Source of the DNA: Planctomycetota bacterium
GTDB taxonomy: Bacteria > Planctomycetota > B15-G4
Length of the DNA stretch: 64,000 bases
Assembly (NCBI GenBank): GCA_038212275.1
Contig: JBBQUR010000021.1
Coordinates: 24,165 to 88,164, forward strand
Direction of reading: 5' to 3'
The notes under the pieces are model-generated. The model was given only the letters and a program-made list of their open reading frames with translations. It made no database searches and had not been told where the DNA came from. Positions 39,764 through 50,537 of this stretch are shown piece by piece; the stretch's first letter is position 1, and each line of letters begins with the position of its first letter. The position numbers and the translations under genes were made by a program.

Positions 39764-41233
39764 CTACTTGCCCGGCACAGCCGGGGGGGCGGCATCCGTC
39801 GGCACCACGATGACTGGATCCTGCGTCGGGTCCACGGGATCGTCCAGGTAGCCGAGGCCCGAGAATCGGGTCTTGTAGCTCTCCGCCATGGCCGGGGGCA
39901 TCAGGTCCATCGTCGCCGGACGGAAGCCGGTGTCGTGCGTGTCCACGAGCGGCAGCGCAGCGTTCTCGCGCGCGGCACCGACGAGCAGCGGGGCCAGCGC
40001 GCGTCCCGTCATGTCGCGCGCCGCCGGGATGCCCAGCAGCGCGAGCAACGTCGGCGTGATGTCGGCCACCGAACCCAGGACGGGCAGAGCGCCGGACTCC
40101 AGGAACGCCGCCAGGTCTCCCGGCGCGGCCCTGCCGAGGTCCCGGCCCGCGGCGACGAGCACGCCGGGTGGCGCGTCCATGTGGTGGCCGGTCATGCCCC
40201 GGGCATCAGGCCCCGGATCCTTCTTCGTGTAGATGGCGTGGAAGCCGTGGTCGGACATCACGAGGACGTTGGTCCCCGGACCTGCCGCCTCCACTAGCCC
40301 GCCGATGAGCGTGTCGATCCACTCGTAGTAGTTGGGGACGACGGAGGCCAGGGCCTTGTCGACGACCTCGTCGCCGTGCCAGGCATAGGCCTGCGGTTCA
40401 TACTGGCGCCAGTAGCGGTGACTGGTCACGTCCGTGCCGCCGAAATAGACCATGTTGAGCTGCGCCGGCTTCGCGGCGAACACGTGGCGCGCGAGCGCGG
40501 CGAAGGTCAAGTCGGACTGCAGCGACCACAGCGTGGTCTGCTCGAGCGCCTTCTGCTGCGCGTCGAGCAGGTCCGCGGGCACCGCTCCAAAGATGTGCCG
40601 CCGCGCCAGCTCCTTGACCGCGGCCTCGGATCCGGCCTCGGTCGCAAGGGTCATGAGTTCGTCCGTGAGAGCGACGGGCCAGATCTGGTCGGCGCCGCCC
40701 GGCAGCAGCGACGGCTTCCAGTTCACGGACACCAGCGCGCCGGATGACGTGCCCGAGACCATCACCCCCTTGATGTGCTCCACCGGCCACGTGATCCACC
40801 AGCCGATGACGTCGCTGGCGATGCCGTAGCGGTCGGCGATGTTCCACACGGCCGGCACGGCGCGCCGGCTGCTCGTGTACTCCTTCTTGTTCTCGTCGAG
40901 GAAGTCATGGATGCCGTGCGCCTTGGGCATGCGCCCCGTGGCGATGGTTGTCCAGATGATCGGCGAGAGCGTGGGGTTGATCGTCGCGAGCCGGCCGAAG
41001 GAGCCGCGCTCCATCAGCCCGCGCAGGTTGGGGCACCTGCCGGCGGCCAGCAGCGGCCGCAGCACGCTCCACTCCATGCCGTCCACGCCGATGACCAGCA
41101 CCTTGCCGACCGGCTTGCCCGGCGGGGTCTCCGACGACGACCAGCTGGAATCCGCATCGCCGCAGCCGGTCAGCAGGCCCGGGCCGAGCCCGGCCAGGAC
41201 GAGACAGGCCATCAGGCGGGCGAGGCGCCGCAT
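39764..41233 (-). CDS. Alkaline phosphatase / nucleotide pyrophosphatase superfamily lipoprotein
   Basis: Lipobox LTGC; VLVIGVDG, PTLSPIIWTTIATG-HGI, TDVTSH, MSDHGF, DITPTLL, C-terminal LGY. Confidence 0.83.
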   Translation of the reverse strand: MRRLARLMACLVLAGLGPGLLTGCGDADSSWSSSETPPGKPVGKVLVIGVDGMEWSVLRPLLAAGRCPNLRGLMERGSFGRLATINPTLSPIIWTTIATGRMPKAHGIHDFLDENKKEYTSSRRAVPAVWNIADRYGIASDVIGWWITWPVEHIKGVMVSGTSSGALVSVNWKPSLLPGGADQIWPVALTDELMTLATEAGSEAAVKELARRHIFGAVPADLLDAQQKALEQTTLWSLQSDLTFAALARHVFAAKPAQLNMVYFGGTDVTSHRYWRQYEPQAYAWHGDEVVDKALASVVPNYYEWIDTLIGGLVEAAGPGTNVLVMSDHGFHAIYTKKDPGPDARGMTGHHMDAPPGVLVAAGRDLGRAAPGDLAAFLESGALPVLGSVADITPTLLALLGIPAARDMTGRALAPLLVGAARENAALPLVDTHDTGFRPATMDLMPPAMAESYKTRFSGLGYLDDPVDPTQDPVIVVPTDAAPPAVPGK

Positions 41234-41598
41234 CCCCGGCCGCCGGACGGCATGCCGGTGCGACACGGGCCGATCGAGTGCTGCCATCAAGCGCTGCCTT
41301 CCATCTGCGGGTCGCCGGCCGCGAGCTTCGGGACGTGTGCGGGAGATGCGGGAGTGCTGGCCGGCGCCGGGTCCGCACGTACGCGGCGCGCATCGTAATG
41401 CGAGGCGACGGGAATGCGAGCCGACGACTTTCCCCCGGCGCTTCGAGTCGGCACCGCGCGGAGTCGATGCGGCACGAGCCCGGCATGATCCTCGCGATGG
41501 GCCCCATGCTCCCGGCTAGAATGCCCGCGGGTCGGCAGACCCGCTCCGGCCGGCGCCATCGCGCCAGCCCTCCCACTCCTGCGCACGGAACCAAGAGC

Positions 41599-42537
41599 AT
41601 GGCCACGATCTGGATGGACGGCACGCTGCTCCCGGCCAACGAGGCGCGGGTCTCGGTGCTCGCCCACACGCTGCACTACGGCGTCGGCGTCTTCGAGGGC
41701 ATCCGCTCCTACGACTGCGGCGACGGGACGGCCTCCGTGTTCCGGCTCGAAGACCACCTGCAGCGGCTCAACGACTCGGCGCGCATCTGCGGCCTGAAGC
41801 TGCCCTTCGGCCTGCCCGAGCTGCGCGACGCCTGCATCGCGGTGCTGCAGGCCAACGACCTGCTCGACGGCTACCTGCGCCCGATCGTCTACCAGGACGA
41901 CGCGAAGCTCGGGGGGCTGGGCTCCTCCCCGCCCGTGCACATCGCCATCGCGGCGCAGGCCTGGGGCGCCTACCTCGGCGAGGACGGCCTGAAGAACGGC
42001 ATCCGCACGCACATCTCGGCATACCGCCGCTCGGGTCTCGGTTCCTCGCTGCCCAAGGCCAAGATCACCGGGCAGTACGTGCTCTCCACGCTGGCCAAGC
42101 GCGAGGCGCTCGCGCTCGGCTTCCACGAGGCGCTGCTCATGGACGACGACGGCTGCCTCGCCGAGGGCAGCGGCGAAAACCTGTTCGTCGTGAGCAACGG
42201 CGTGCTCAAGACGCCGCCGACGAGCTCACCCATTCTTCCCGGGCTGACGCGCGCCACGACGCTGCACCTGGCGCGCTGCGGCGCCGAGCACTTCGGCATC
42301 TCCGAGATCCGCGAGGAGCCCATCACGCGCGGCGAGCTGATCACCGCCGACGAGGCCTTCTTCACCGGCACCGCCGCCGAAATCACGCCCATCCGCGAGG
42401 TAGACCTTCAACTCATCGGCAAGGGCGGCGCCGGCCCGATGACGCTGGCGCTCCAGCACGCCTACTTCGAGATGGTGCGCGGCCGCTCCTCGGCCCCGGT
42501 GCACTGGCGCACGCCGTTCGGGGCGCTCGTGCGTTGA
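41599..42537 (+). CDS. ilvE: Branched-chain amino acid aminotransferase
   Basis: HTLHYGVGVFEGIR, AKITGQY, EGSGENLF, ILPGLTR, FFTGTAAEITP. Confidence 0.93.
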   Translation: MATIWMDGTLLPANEARVSVLAHTLHYGVGVFEGIRSYDCGDGTASVFRLEDHLQRLNDSARICGLKLPFGLPELRDACIAVLQANDLLDGYLRPIVYQDDAKLGGLGSSPPVHIAIAAQAWGAYLGEDGLKNGIRTHISAYRRSGLGSSLPKAKITGQYVLSTLAKREALALGFHEALLMDDDGCLAEGSGENLFVVSNGVLKTPPTSSPILPGLTRATTLHLARCGAEHFGISEIREEPITRGELITADEAFFTGTAAEITPIREVDLQLIGKGGAGPMTLALQHAYFEMVRGRSSAPVHWRTPFGALVR

Positions 42538-44342
42538 CCGCCACGGCGATCTACGTCCTTGTCGTCGTCGTCGTCGCGCTCGTGCTCTGGGTACTCGAGA
42601 CGCTTCCCGTCGATCTCGTGTCGATGCTCGCCGTGCTGGCGCTCGTCGTGGGCGGCGTCATCAGCCCCGACGAGGCGCTGCGAGGCTTCGGCAACAGCGC
42701 CCTCATCACGGTCGCGTGCATGTTCGTGCTCTCGGCGGGGCTCATCCAGACCGGCGCGCTCGACTTCGTCACCGGTCTCATGCTCAACATCGGGCGTGGC
42801 AGCAAGGCGCGCTCCATCGGCGCGCTGTTGCTCACCGTGACCTTCCTCTCCGCGTTCATGAACAACACGCCGGTCGCGGTCATCTTCCTGCCCATCGTGC
42901 TGAGCGTGGCCAACAAGCTTGAAGTCGCGCCGTCGCGGCTGCTCATCCCGCTGTCCTACGCCACGATCATGGGCGGCACGTGCACACTCATCGGGACGAG
43001 CACCAACCTGCTGGTGAGCCAGGCGGTCGAGCGGGCCGGCCGGCCCGCGCTCGGCATGTTCGAGTTCGCCAGCGCCGGCATCATCTACGCGCTCACGGGC
43101 CTCGTCTTCCTCGCGGTCGCCGGTCCGCTGCTGCTTCCGCGCCGCGCCTCCGTGACATCCGCCGCGCCTGGCGGCCGCGTGCGCGAATTCGTCACCGAGG
43201 CGCTCTTTCCGCCGGGCAGCCCGCTCGTCGGCAAGACATTTCAGGAAGTGCTCGGGCGCGTGCCGGGCCTTGCGCCGCTGATGGTCATCCGTGGCGAGGA
43301 GACCCACCTCGCGCCACTCATCAGCAACCCGCGCACGCAGTTCGTCCGTGCGGGCGACGTGCTGCTGCTCAAGGGCGCTCCCAGTGGCATCAACGAGCTG
43401 CTCTCGCGCGACGGCGTCACGCTGCCGCCCGAGCTGGGAGCGGCGCTCGCAGGTCACGGCAAGGGCAAGGCCATGACCATGGTCGAGCTCGTAGTCAACC
43501 CGAACTCGCCGCTCATCGGGCGCACACTCGGCGGCTCGGAGTTTTCGCGGCATCACGGCAACGCCTCGGTCATCGCCATCCTGCGCCGAGACGAGCACCT
43601 GCGCGAGCGCGTGTCCGAGATCCGCATGCGCATGGGCGACACGCTGCTCGCGCTCTGCGACGAGGAGCGCCTCGGCGACCTGCGCAACACCGACGAGTTC
43701 ATCATGCTCGAGGGCGTCGAGCGACAGACGGTCCGCCGGAACAAGGCGCCGCTCGCCGCGCTGATCCTGCTGGCCGTCGTCGTGCTGGCGGCCTTCGAGG
43801 TCATGCCCATGTCCTTCCTCGCGCTGGCCGGCGCGGTTGCCATGGTGCTCACCGGCTGCCTCTCGCTGCGCCAGGGATACTCGGCCATCGACGCGAGCGT
43901 CATCGTGCTCATCGCCGGCACGCTGGCCATGGGCCTGGCCATGGAGAAATCCGGCGCGATCGAGAACATCAGCAGCGCGATGCTGGACTTCCTGCAGGAC
44001 TGGGGCCCACGCGCGGTGCTCGCCGGCATCTTCCTTCTGGCCACGCTGATCAACGCGCTCATCTCCAACAACGCGGTGGCCGTGCTGTTCACGCCCATCG
44101 CGATCTCCATCGCGCGCACGCTCGGCCTGCAGCCGGAGCCGTTCATCTTCGCGGTGCTGTTCGGCGCGAGCTGCGACTACTCCACGCCGATTGGCTACCA
44201 GACCAACCTCTTCGTCTACGGGCCGGGCGGCTACCGCTTCCTCGACTACGTCCGCATCGGCGTGCCGCTGACGCTCGTGCTCTTCGCCGTCTCGATGCTC
44301 GTCATCCCGTGGATCTGGCCCTTCACACCCGTGGTGCCGTGA
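42534..44342 (+). CDS. SLC13/CitT-like permease with TrkA-C domains
   Basis: SAFMNNT, GGTCTLIGTSTNL, two SPL-GK/RT RCK-C repeats, TPIGYQTNL-YGPGGYRFLD; TTG start overlapping the ilvE stop. Confidence 0.9.
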   Translation: MTATAIYVLVVVVVALVLWVLETLPVDLVSMLAVLALVVGGVISPDEALRGFGNSALITVACMFVLSAGLIQTGALDFVTGLMLNIGRGSKARSIGALLLTVTFLSAFMNNTPVAVIFLPIVLSVANKLEVAPSRLLIPLSYATIMGGTCTLIGTSTNLLVSQAVERAGRPALGMFEFASAGIIYALTGLVFLAVAGPLLLPRRASVTSAAPGGRVREFVTEALFPPGSPLVGKTFQEVLGRVPGLAPLMVIRGEETHLAPLISNPRTQFVRAGDVLLLKGAPSGINELLSRDGVTLPPELGAALAGHGKGKAMTMVELVVNPNSPLIGRTLGGSEFSRHHGNASVIAILRRDEHLRERVSEIRMRMGDTLLALCDEERLGDLRNTDEFIMLEGVERQTVRRNKAPLAALILLAVVVLAAFEVMPMSFLALAGAVAMVLTGCLSLRQGYSAIDASVIVLIAGTLAMGLAMEKSGAIENISSAMLDFLQDWGPRAVLAGIFLLATLINALISNNAVAVLFTPIAISIARTLGLQPEPFIFAVLFGASCDYSTPIGYQTNLFVYGPGGYRFLDYVRIGVPLTLVLFAVSMLVIPWIWPFTPVVP

Positions 44343-44794
44343 CGCCCGACGCACCACGGACCGCAGAGATCCTCGCACGCACGAGGCTTCTCGTTCACCG
44401 CCAGCCACACGTGCTGGCCGCATGGCCCCCGGCGCTGGCGCCGGTGCTGTCCGCGCAGCTCGTCACCGTGGCCGCGCGCGCGCCCGGCGCGATCGTCTGC
44501 TGGTGTGTGGATGAGCTCGAACTCAGCGCGTTGCTCCCGGAGTCGGCGCTGGCATCGCTGCCGGCGCCCGCCCGCTGCGAGCGCGACTGGGCCGCGATCA
44601 CGCTGGACACCGTCATGGCCTGGGACGTCGTCGGCGTGCTTGCAGCCGTTTCCGGCGCGCTGGCCGCCGCCGGCATCCCGATCGGCGCCGTCACCGCCTT
44701 TTCACGAGACCACATCCTCGTCCCGCGCGCGCGGCTTCCCGAGGCGCTGGCCGCGCTTTCCGGCCTGTGCGGCGAGGTGCGCCGCGATGGTTGA
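44339..44794 (+). CDS. ACT-domain protein (ACT_7/CASTOR-like)
   Basis: ELSALL-WAAITLD-VVGVLAAVSGALAAAGIPI-AFSRDHILVP; GTGA overlap. Confidence 0.8.
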   Translation: MTPDAPRTAEILARTRLLVHRQPHVLAAWPPALAPVLSAQLVTVAARAPGAIVCWCVDELELSALLPESALASLPAPARCERDWAAITLDTVMAWDVVGVLAAVSGALAAAGIPIGAVTAFSRDHILVPRARLPEALAALSGLCGEVRRDG

Positions 44795-46082
44795 CTACCG
44801 CAGCACGCCGCGCGATTCGCCTCGCACGCAGCGCGATTCGCCTCGCAGACAGCGCGATTCGCTTCGCGTGCCGGCCGGCGCCGTGACCGACGCGGCCCCG
44901 CGCGGCGCACCGCCCGCGCCGCACCTCTTCTTCAGCGCCGGGGACATGTCCGGCGACCAGCACGCCGCGCGCCTGCTGAAGCGACTTCAGGAGCTCTGCC
45001 CCGGCCTCACCTCCGAGGGCCTCGGTGGCCCGGACCTCGCGGCCGCCGGCTGCCGGCTGCACGAGGACCTCGTGCAGCACGCCATCGTGGGCATCGCCGC
45101 CGCGGCCGCCGCCATCCCGCACATGCTCGGCGTGCTGCAACGCACCGCCGTCGCGCTGGACGAGCGCCGCCCCGACGCGGTCATCGTCGTGGACTATCCG
45201 GGCCTCAACCTCCACGTCGCCAGGCTGGCTCACGAGCGCGGCATCCCGGTGATCTACTTCGTCGCGCCGCAGCTCTGGGCGTGGGCGCCGTGGCGCGTGG
45301 CGCGCTTCGCCCGCGTCGTGGACGAAGCGCTGGTCATCTTTCCCTTCGAGGTGCCGTTCTTCGAGCGGGCCGGCCTGAAGGCCACCTACATCGGCCACCC
45401 GCTGCTGGACGGCCTGCCGGCGGAGAACGCGCCGCTGTCGGCCGAGGGGCTCGCCATCCGCGCGCTGCCTCGCCCCGTCGCGCTGCTGCCCGGCAGCCGG
45501 CCGCGCGAGGTGCGCGAGCACATGCCGCTGCTGCTCGCTGCCGCGCGCGAACTGCTCGGCCGCTTCCCGGATGCGAGCTTCCACGCGGCGCACATCTCGC
45601 CCACCGAGCTGGGCAACATGGAGCGCGCCGCGCGCGTCGCCGGCGTGCCGCTGCAGCTGCACGGCGCGGACATTCACGCGGTCATGGCCGGCTGCCGCGC
45701 CGCCGCCGTCGCATCGGGCACCGCCACGCTGGAGACCGCGCTCTTCGGGACGCCGCTCATCGTGGTCTACCGGATCACGCGCATCGAGCGCGCACTGGGC
45801 CGCCTGCTGCTCGTGACGGACATGGTCGGCCAGGTGAACCTCGTCGCCGGGCGCAAGCTCTGCCCCGAGCTCCTGCTCGTGGAAGACGACGCGCACGCCG
45901 TGGCCGAAGCCCTCGCGCCGCTGCTCGGCGACACGCGCGAGTGGCGCGAGCAACGCGCCGCCCTCTCGCGCCTGCGCCGCCACGTCACCGGCCGCGGCGC
46001 CATCGAGAAGGCCGCGCAGCACCTCGCACTGCGCCTGAAATCCGCCGCGATGAAGCGCGCCCCGGCAGACTCGCGGCGCTGA
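44787..46082 (+). CDS. lpxB: Lipid-A-disaccharide synthase
   Basis: SAGDMSGD, VDYPGLN, YFVAPQLWAW, IFPFE, GHPL, LLPGSR-E, SGTATLE; N-terminal 21-bp repeats make the start uncertain. Confidence 0.92.
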   Translation: MVDYRSTPRDSPRTQRDSPRRQRDSLRVPAGAVTDAAPRGAPPAPHLFFSAGDMSGDQHAARLLKRLQELCPGLTSEGLGGPDLAAAGCRLHEDLVQHAIVGIAAAAAAIPHMLGVLQRTAVALDERRPDAVIVVDYPGLNLHVARLAHERGIPVIYFVAPQLWAWAPWRVARFARVVDEALVIFPFEVPFFERAGLKATYIGHPLLDGLPAENAPLSAEGLAIRALPRPVALLPGSRPREVREHMPLLLAAARELLGRFPDASFHAAHISPTELGNMERAARVAGVPLQLHGADIHAVMAGCRAAAVASGTATLETALFGTPLIVVYRITRIERALGRLLLVTDMVGQVNLVAGRKLCPELLLVEDDAHAVAEALAPLLGDTREWREQRAALSRLRRHVTGRGAIEKAAQHLALRLKSAAMKRAPADSRR

Positions 46083-46095
46083 GCTGCCATTCGGC

Positions 46096-46210
46096 ACGCG
46101 CGCAGACGCAGCGCGCACGCCGCGCGCACGCCGCGCGCACGCCGCGCGCACGTCGCGCGCCGCCGCGCAGCGCCACCGCGCAGCGCCACCGCGCAGCGCC
46201 GCCGCGCAGT
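46096..46210. repeat. Intergenic GC-rich tandem repeats (11-bp gcgcacgccgc and 13-bp ccgcgcagcgcca units) between convergent genes
   Basis: Read directly from the sequence. Confidence 0.75.
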
Positions 46211-46218
46211 GCCGAAGT

Positions 46219-49200
46219 TCAGCGCCGCGCAGCCCACTCCAGGATGTTCATCAGAAGCGTCCGGGCGACGTCGGCCGGACCGGGCGGCCCGTTGACGACG
46301 TGCACCAGATCCAGCGTGTTCAGCAGGATCGCGCCCTCGCCGCAGGGCAGCAGGACCAGCGCCGCGGCAGGGTCGAAGTCGTGGCCGGACACGCAACCGA
46401 TGAGCGTCTCGATGCCTGGCGCGCCGGTGCTGCCATCGGCCGCGCGGAGCCGCACGCCGTAGCGGCGCAGGTCGTAGTTCACGAGCGACTGCCAGGCACG
46501 GCCCAGCGCGGCGTTGACGGGCAGGCCGGCCAGCAGCGGATGCTCGCGCGCGAAGAAGCCGCCGCCGAGCCAGTAGCGGCCGTGCTCGAGCAGACCGTCG
46601 TAGCTCAGGAGGCCGCGTTCGGCGAGCAGCGGCGCCCAGCGATCCGCGTGATGCAGGAAGAGCAGCCGGGTGCCGTCGTCGCGTGCGCGGCGCACCAGGT
46701 CGTCGAGCAGTTGCGCGGTGCGCGCCTGCCTGCCCGGCGTCGTCCAGAACAGCTTGAGCACGGCCTCGCCCTTGCCCTGCCAGTACTCGAGCTTCACGTC
46801 GTGCGAGCTGCCCTTCACCAGCGCCAGCGGACGGCTGCTGTCCACCTGCGGCGCGTGACTTTCCCAATGGTCGATGAGCAGCGAGCCATCGACCCGGAGG
46901 CGCACGCCGTCGTCGCTGAGCGCGTGCAGGATGTACTCGCCGGTCTCCGGCGCGAGCAGGCGGCCCGTGAACGTGGCGGTGTAGTCGGTGAGGCCGAGGC
47001 CCGGTTGCGGCTCGGCGCGCGACCATTCGAAGTCGATCGTCGGAAGCGCGGCGACCTCCGCCCGGGCACCCGTGCCGCCCTGCGACACGAAGCTCGCATG
47101 CCATCCGCCGGCGGCATCGACCGTGTCGTTGGAGGTGCTGCCGTCATCGAGAACGCTCAACCCATTGAAGGCGTTCTCCGGCACGAGTTCGCGCGGCTGC
47201 GGATCGAAGTCGCCCAGAGCCACCCACGCCAGCGGCGGCAGGCCCGAGTGGAAGACCGGCGGCAGCGGCCAGCCGGCGCCCTCGAAGAAGCGGCGCAGGG
47301 CGCGGCCGCTCTCCAGAAACGCGCCGCCCGCAGGCAGGCCGCGGCTCTTCCAGTCCACGACGAGCAGCGTGTCGCTGCCGGTCACCAGCGGCGCGGTGTC
47401 GGCGCCGACATCGGCGCGCCCGCCGGCCTCGGCGCCGTTGCCGACTTCGGCGCGGGCACCGGCGCCGTCGCTGCGCGGGCGGAGTTCGGCGGTGAGCGTG
47501 TATGTGCCTGGCTGCAGCACGCCGGCGAGCCGGACGCCGCTGGCGAGCATCTGGCCGAAGCTCTCGCCGCCGACGAGGTCCGCGTCGAGCTGCTGCTGCC
47601 ACGCGCTGCGACCCGTCGCGTCGCGCAGCGCGAGGCGCAGCGTGTGCGGGCCGCGCAGGCCTGGCTCGTTGACGAGGCCGATGTCGGCGACCACCGCAAC
47701 CGCGCCGCGCGCCGAGCTGCCGATGCGATCCCCCGCCGCGAGCACGCTCTGGCGCAGGTTCACGACCAGCACGAGCGGCGCATTCGCGGCCGCGAGTCGC
47801 GCGGGGTCGCCCTTGGCGTGGCGGAAGACGTCGACGATGCCCGAGTGATTCTCCAGCTTGGTGTCTTCCCAGCCGTTGATCACGTAGCCGTCGGTCACGT
47901 CGCCGAGCCGCAGGTTGGCGATCATCCGCGCCTGGTATTCGTGGGCGATGCCGCCGAGGCCGAGCGTGAGCGCATCGAGACTCGGGAACGCGCCGTCGAA
48001 TCCGCGCGAGGTCAGCCAGTCCTGCGTGCTGTCGGCCCACGCGCGATAGTCGCCTCCATCCCAGCCGTCGAGCGCGCCGGCGTCGTACGCTGCGCGCATC
48101 GCGCCGAGGCGCGGCGGCGCGGCGATGGCGCCTTCTTCGCCCCAGAACACGATCTCGCCGCGATGGTCCGTGCGGCGACGGTAGTCGTCGGGCCCCTTCC
48201 AGAACTCGTCGCGCCACACGCCGGGGCCCGGAGCGTTGTGGTAGTCCCACCAGCCGGACTCGTGCAGCGCGGCATCGGGAGTGACGGCGTCGGGAGTCAC
48301 GGCGTCGGCCGACACGGCATCGGGAGCCGCGGCATCGGCCGTCACGGCATCGGCCGACACGCGGGCGCCCGCCAGCGGATCCGTCGGGCGGGCGTGCAGC
48401 TTCAGCGGGTTGCTGCCGTCCGCGGCCCAGCCCGAGGTGAAGGTGATGAGGCGCGTCGGGTCCAGTGCGTGCGCCGCGGCGAGATCCTGGAGCTGCTCGA
48501 CGCCTGGCGGCGTCGTCTCCTCGTTGATGAGGTCCACGATGATGAGCGACGGATGGCTGCGATCGCGCTCAAGCATGCGCAGAAGCTTTTCGCGCGCGAG
48601 CTGGCGGCAGAAGGCATCGCCGCCGTGCGCCGCGTAGCCGCCCGGCTCCTCGTAGGCGAGCAGGCCCAGCTCGTCGTGCACGTCGAGCAGCCCCGGCGCC
48701 GCGAGGCCGCGGTGGTGATTGAGCATGTTGAGCCCGAGCGACTTCGCCACGGCGACCTGCGACCGCGCGAGCTCCGGCGTCGGCACCATGCCGCTGCCCG
48801 GCCAGAAGCCCCACGAAATCGCGGAGCGCAGCACGATGCGCTCCCCGTTGAGTCGCAGCACCGCGTCGGCGGTTCGTGCGATGTCGGTTGGTGCGTCGCC
48901 GGTAGACGCGTCGCCGGTTGGTGCGTCGCCGGCAGGTGCGTCGGCGGCAGGTGCGTCGGCGGCAGGTGCGTCGCCGGCGGCGAGGCCGGTCATGTCGAAC
49001 CAGCGGAAACCGAAGCGGCGTTCGGCGACGTCCTGCGGCGGGCCGACGTCGTCGCTCACGCGCAGGCCGCTGCCTTCGCTCACGACGCGGAGCTGCGTGT
49101 CCTGTGCGGTGCTGAGCGCGGCGCGGCAGAGGAAGAGGCGCGGCGAGGCCGGCGACCACAGCGGCGCGCCGGGCACCGTCAGGTCCAGCGTCACGTCGGT

Positions 49201-50253
49201 GCTGCCCGGCGGACAGGCCGTGCCGAGCACGCGGGCCTTCACGGCCAGCGGCTCGCGCGTGACGGCATCGAGGAGCTGCACGTTCAGCGCGGCCGACAGC
49301 GTGTCCGCCGTCGGATTCTCCACGCGGGCGACGATCCTGATCGCACGCGGGTCCGGGCGATTCTGCACGGCAAGGTCGGCGATGCGCACCGCCGACGTGG
49401 AGAGCAGTCGCACCGGGCCGGTGATCCCGCCGAAGCCGTGGCTCGCAGGCAGCGTGTGCTCGCCCCAGCGCAGCGCGTCGAAATCCTCCCAGCTGAAGTT
49501 GCCGCCGGGATCGGTGATGCGCACGGCGAGGACATTGCGCCCCGCGTGCAGCGCGTCGCCGCACGCCACGGAGAACGGCGTGTTGCCGACGACGTCGTAG
49601 CCGACGAGGCGTTCGTTGAGGAAGATCTCGGCGCGCTGGCGCACCGCCTCGAACTGAAGCTGGAGCACGCGCGGCTGCCCGTCGATCGGCGCGAGCATCG
49701 ACGCCGGCACGTCGAAGGCGCGCCACCACCAGCTCACGCCGACGTAGTCCCCCGCGGCGTCGGCGCCCGGCGGATCGCCGCCGCGCTCGGCGAGCAGCGC
49801 ATCCCACGTGAATTGCTCGACGGTGCCGGGCACCGAAACGGCCCGAACGCCTGCGGCAGCTGCCTCCTCGGGCGCGGCGAGGCCGGTCGCAGCCGTCGGG
49901 CCGGTCGCAGCCGTCGCCAGCGCGGCCCAGCCGCCGGTGGGCGGATTCACCGGCAGCGAGGCAAGCTCCACTGGCGGGGCGAAGAGCTCGTCCTGCTCCC
50001 ACGTCGCCGCGCGGTCCAGCCAGAGCGACCACTCGGCGCCCGACAGGTCCAGCGAGAGACGTGGAGCGAGTGCGTCATCGAAGGGCGCGCGTTGCGACGC
50101 GGACTCCGCGGGACTCGCTCCGGAACGCACCGCGCCCGCGGTCGGCTCGTCGCCGCAGCTCGGCAGCGCGAGCGCTGGCAACGCCAGCAGCAGCGCCGCG
50201 CAGACATCGGCGCGGAGCCGACGAAGCGGGACGTGGCGCTGACCATCGCTCAT
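46219..50253 (-). CDS. Glycoside hydrolase family 2-like lipoprotein with PA14 domain
   Basis: Lipobox LPSC; sugar-binding domain (LQFEAVRQRAEIFLN, GGITGPVRL), TIM barrel (GLNML, DELGLLAYEE, HPSLII-LINE, WGEEG), PA14 (SDDGVRLRVDG-LIDHW). Confidence 0.8.
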   Translation of the reverse strand: MSDGQRHVPLRRLRADVCAALLLALPALALPSCGDEPTAGAVRSGASPAESASQRAPFDDALAPRLSLDLSGAEWSLWLDRAATWEQDELFAPPVELASLPVNPPTGGWAALATAATGPTAATGLAAPEEAAAAGVRAVSVPGTVEQFTWDALLAERGGDPPGADAAGDYVGVSWWWRAFDVPASMLAPIDGQPRVLQLQFEAVRQRAEIFLNERLVGYDVVGNTPFSVACGDALHAGRNVLAVRITDPGGNFSWEDFDALRWGEHTLPASHGFGGITGPVRLLSTSAVRIADLAVQNRPDPRAIRIVARVENPTADTLSAALNVQLLDAVTREPLAVKARVLGTACPPGSTDVTLDLTVPGAPLWSPASPRLFLCRAALSTAQDTQLRVVSEGSGLRVSDDVGPPQDVAERRFGFRWFDMTGLAAGDAPAADAPAADAPAGDAPTGDASTGDAPTDIARTADAVLRLNGERIVLRSAISWGFWPGSGMVPTPELARSQVAVAKSLGLNMLNHHRGLAAPGLLDVHDELGLLAYEEPGGYAAHGGDAFCRQLAREKLLRMLERDRSHPSLIIVDLINEETTPPGVEQLQDLAAAHALDPTRLITFTSGWAADGSNPLKLHARPTDPLAGARVSADAVTADAAAPDAVSADAVTPDAVTPDAALHESGWWDYHNAPGPGVWRDEFWKGPDDYRRRTDHRGEIVFWGEEGAIAAPPRLGAMRAAYDAGALDGWDGGDYRAWADSTQDWLTSRGFDGAFPSLDALTLGLGGIAHEYQARMIANLRLGDVTDGYVINGWEDTKLENHSGIVDVFRHAKGDPARLAAANAPLVLVVNLRQSVLAAGDRIGSSARGAVAVVADIGLVNEPGLRGPHTLRLALRDATGRSAWQQQLDADLVGGESFGQMLASGVRLAGVLQPGTYTLTAELRPRSDGAGARAEVGNGAEAGGRADVGADTAPLVTGSDTLLVVDWKSRGLPAGGAFLESGRALRRFFEGAGWPLPPVFHSGLPPLAWVALGDFDPQPRELVPENAFNGLSVLDDGSTSNDTVDAAGGWHASFVSQGGTGARAEVAALPTIDFEWSRAEPQPGLGLTDYTATFTGRLLAPETGEYILHALSDDGVRLRVDGSLLIDHWESHAPQVDSSRPLALVKGSSHDVKLEYWQGKGEAVLKLFWTTPGRQARTAQLLDDLVRRARDDGTRLLFLHHADRWAPLLAERGLLSYDGLLEHGRYWLGGGFFAREHPLLAGLPVNAALGRAWQSLVNYDLRRYGVRLRAADGSTGAPGIETLIGCVSGHDFDPAAALVLLPCGEGAILLNTLDLVHVVNGPPGPADVARTLLMNILEWAARR

Positions 50254-50430
50254 GAGTGCATCCGGAAGCCTGCGAAGAGCCCCAGCTTAGCCGCGAGAGC
50301 GCCGGACCCGACTCCATGGAGTTGCATCGGGCTGGATGTGTGATGTTGAGGCACTGCCTCTACATCACACGGGGCGGCGAGCGGTGCATGCGGAGAGGTC
50401 TCTCGCGGAGTCTTCCGGCGAGGGATCGCG

Positions 50431-50537
50431 GAGATCCCGGGACCGCGGAGATTCCGCGGGCGCCGGAGATTCCGGGGGCGCCGGCGATTCCGGGGGCGCT
50501 TGAGATTCCAAGGGCGCCGGCGATTCCGCGGGCACTC
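50431..50537. repeat. Intergenic 18-bp tandem repeat, 5 copies plus 1 degenerate
   Basis: G(A/C)GATTCC-GGGCGCCG units at 50448, 50466, 50484, 50502, 50520; no spacers. Confidence 0.88.

Noticed and set aside
50431..50537. Possible CRISPR array (also considered for 37462-37533, 46096-46210 and 63064-63119)
   Set aside because: Units are contiguous with no unique spacers, too short, and there are no cas genes.
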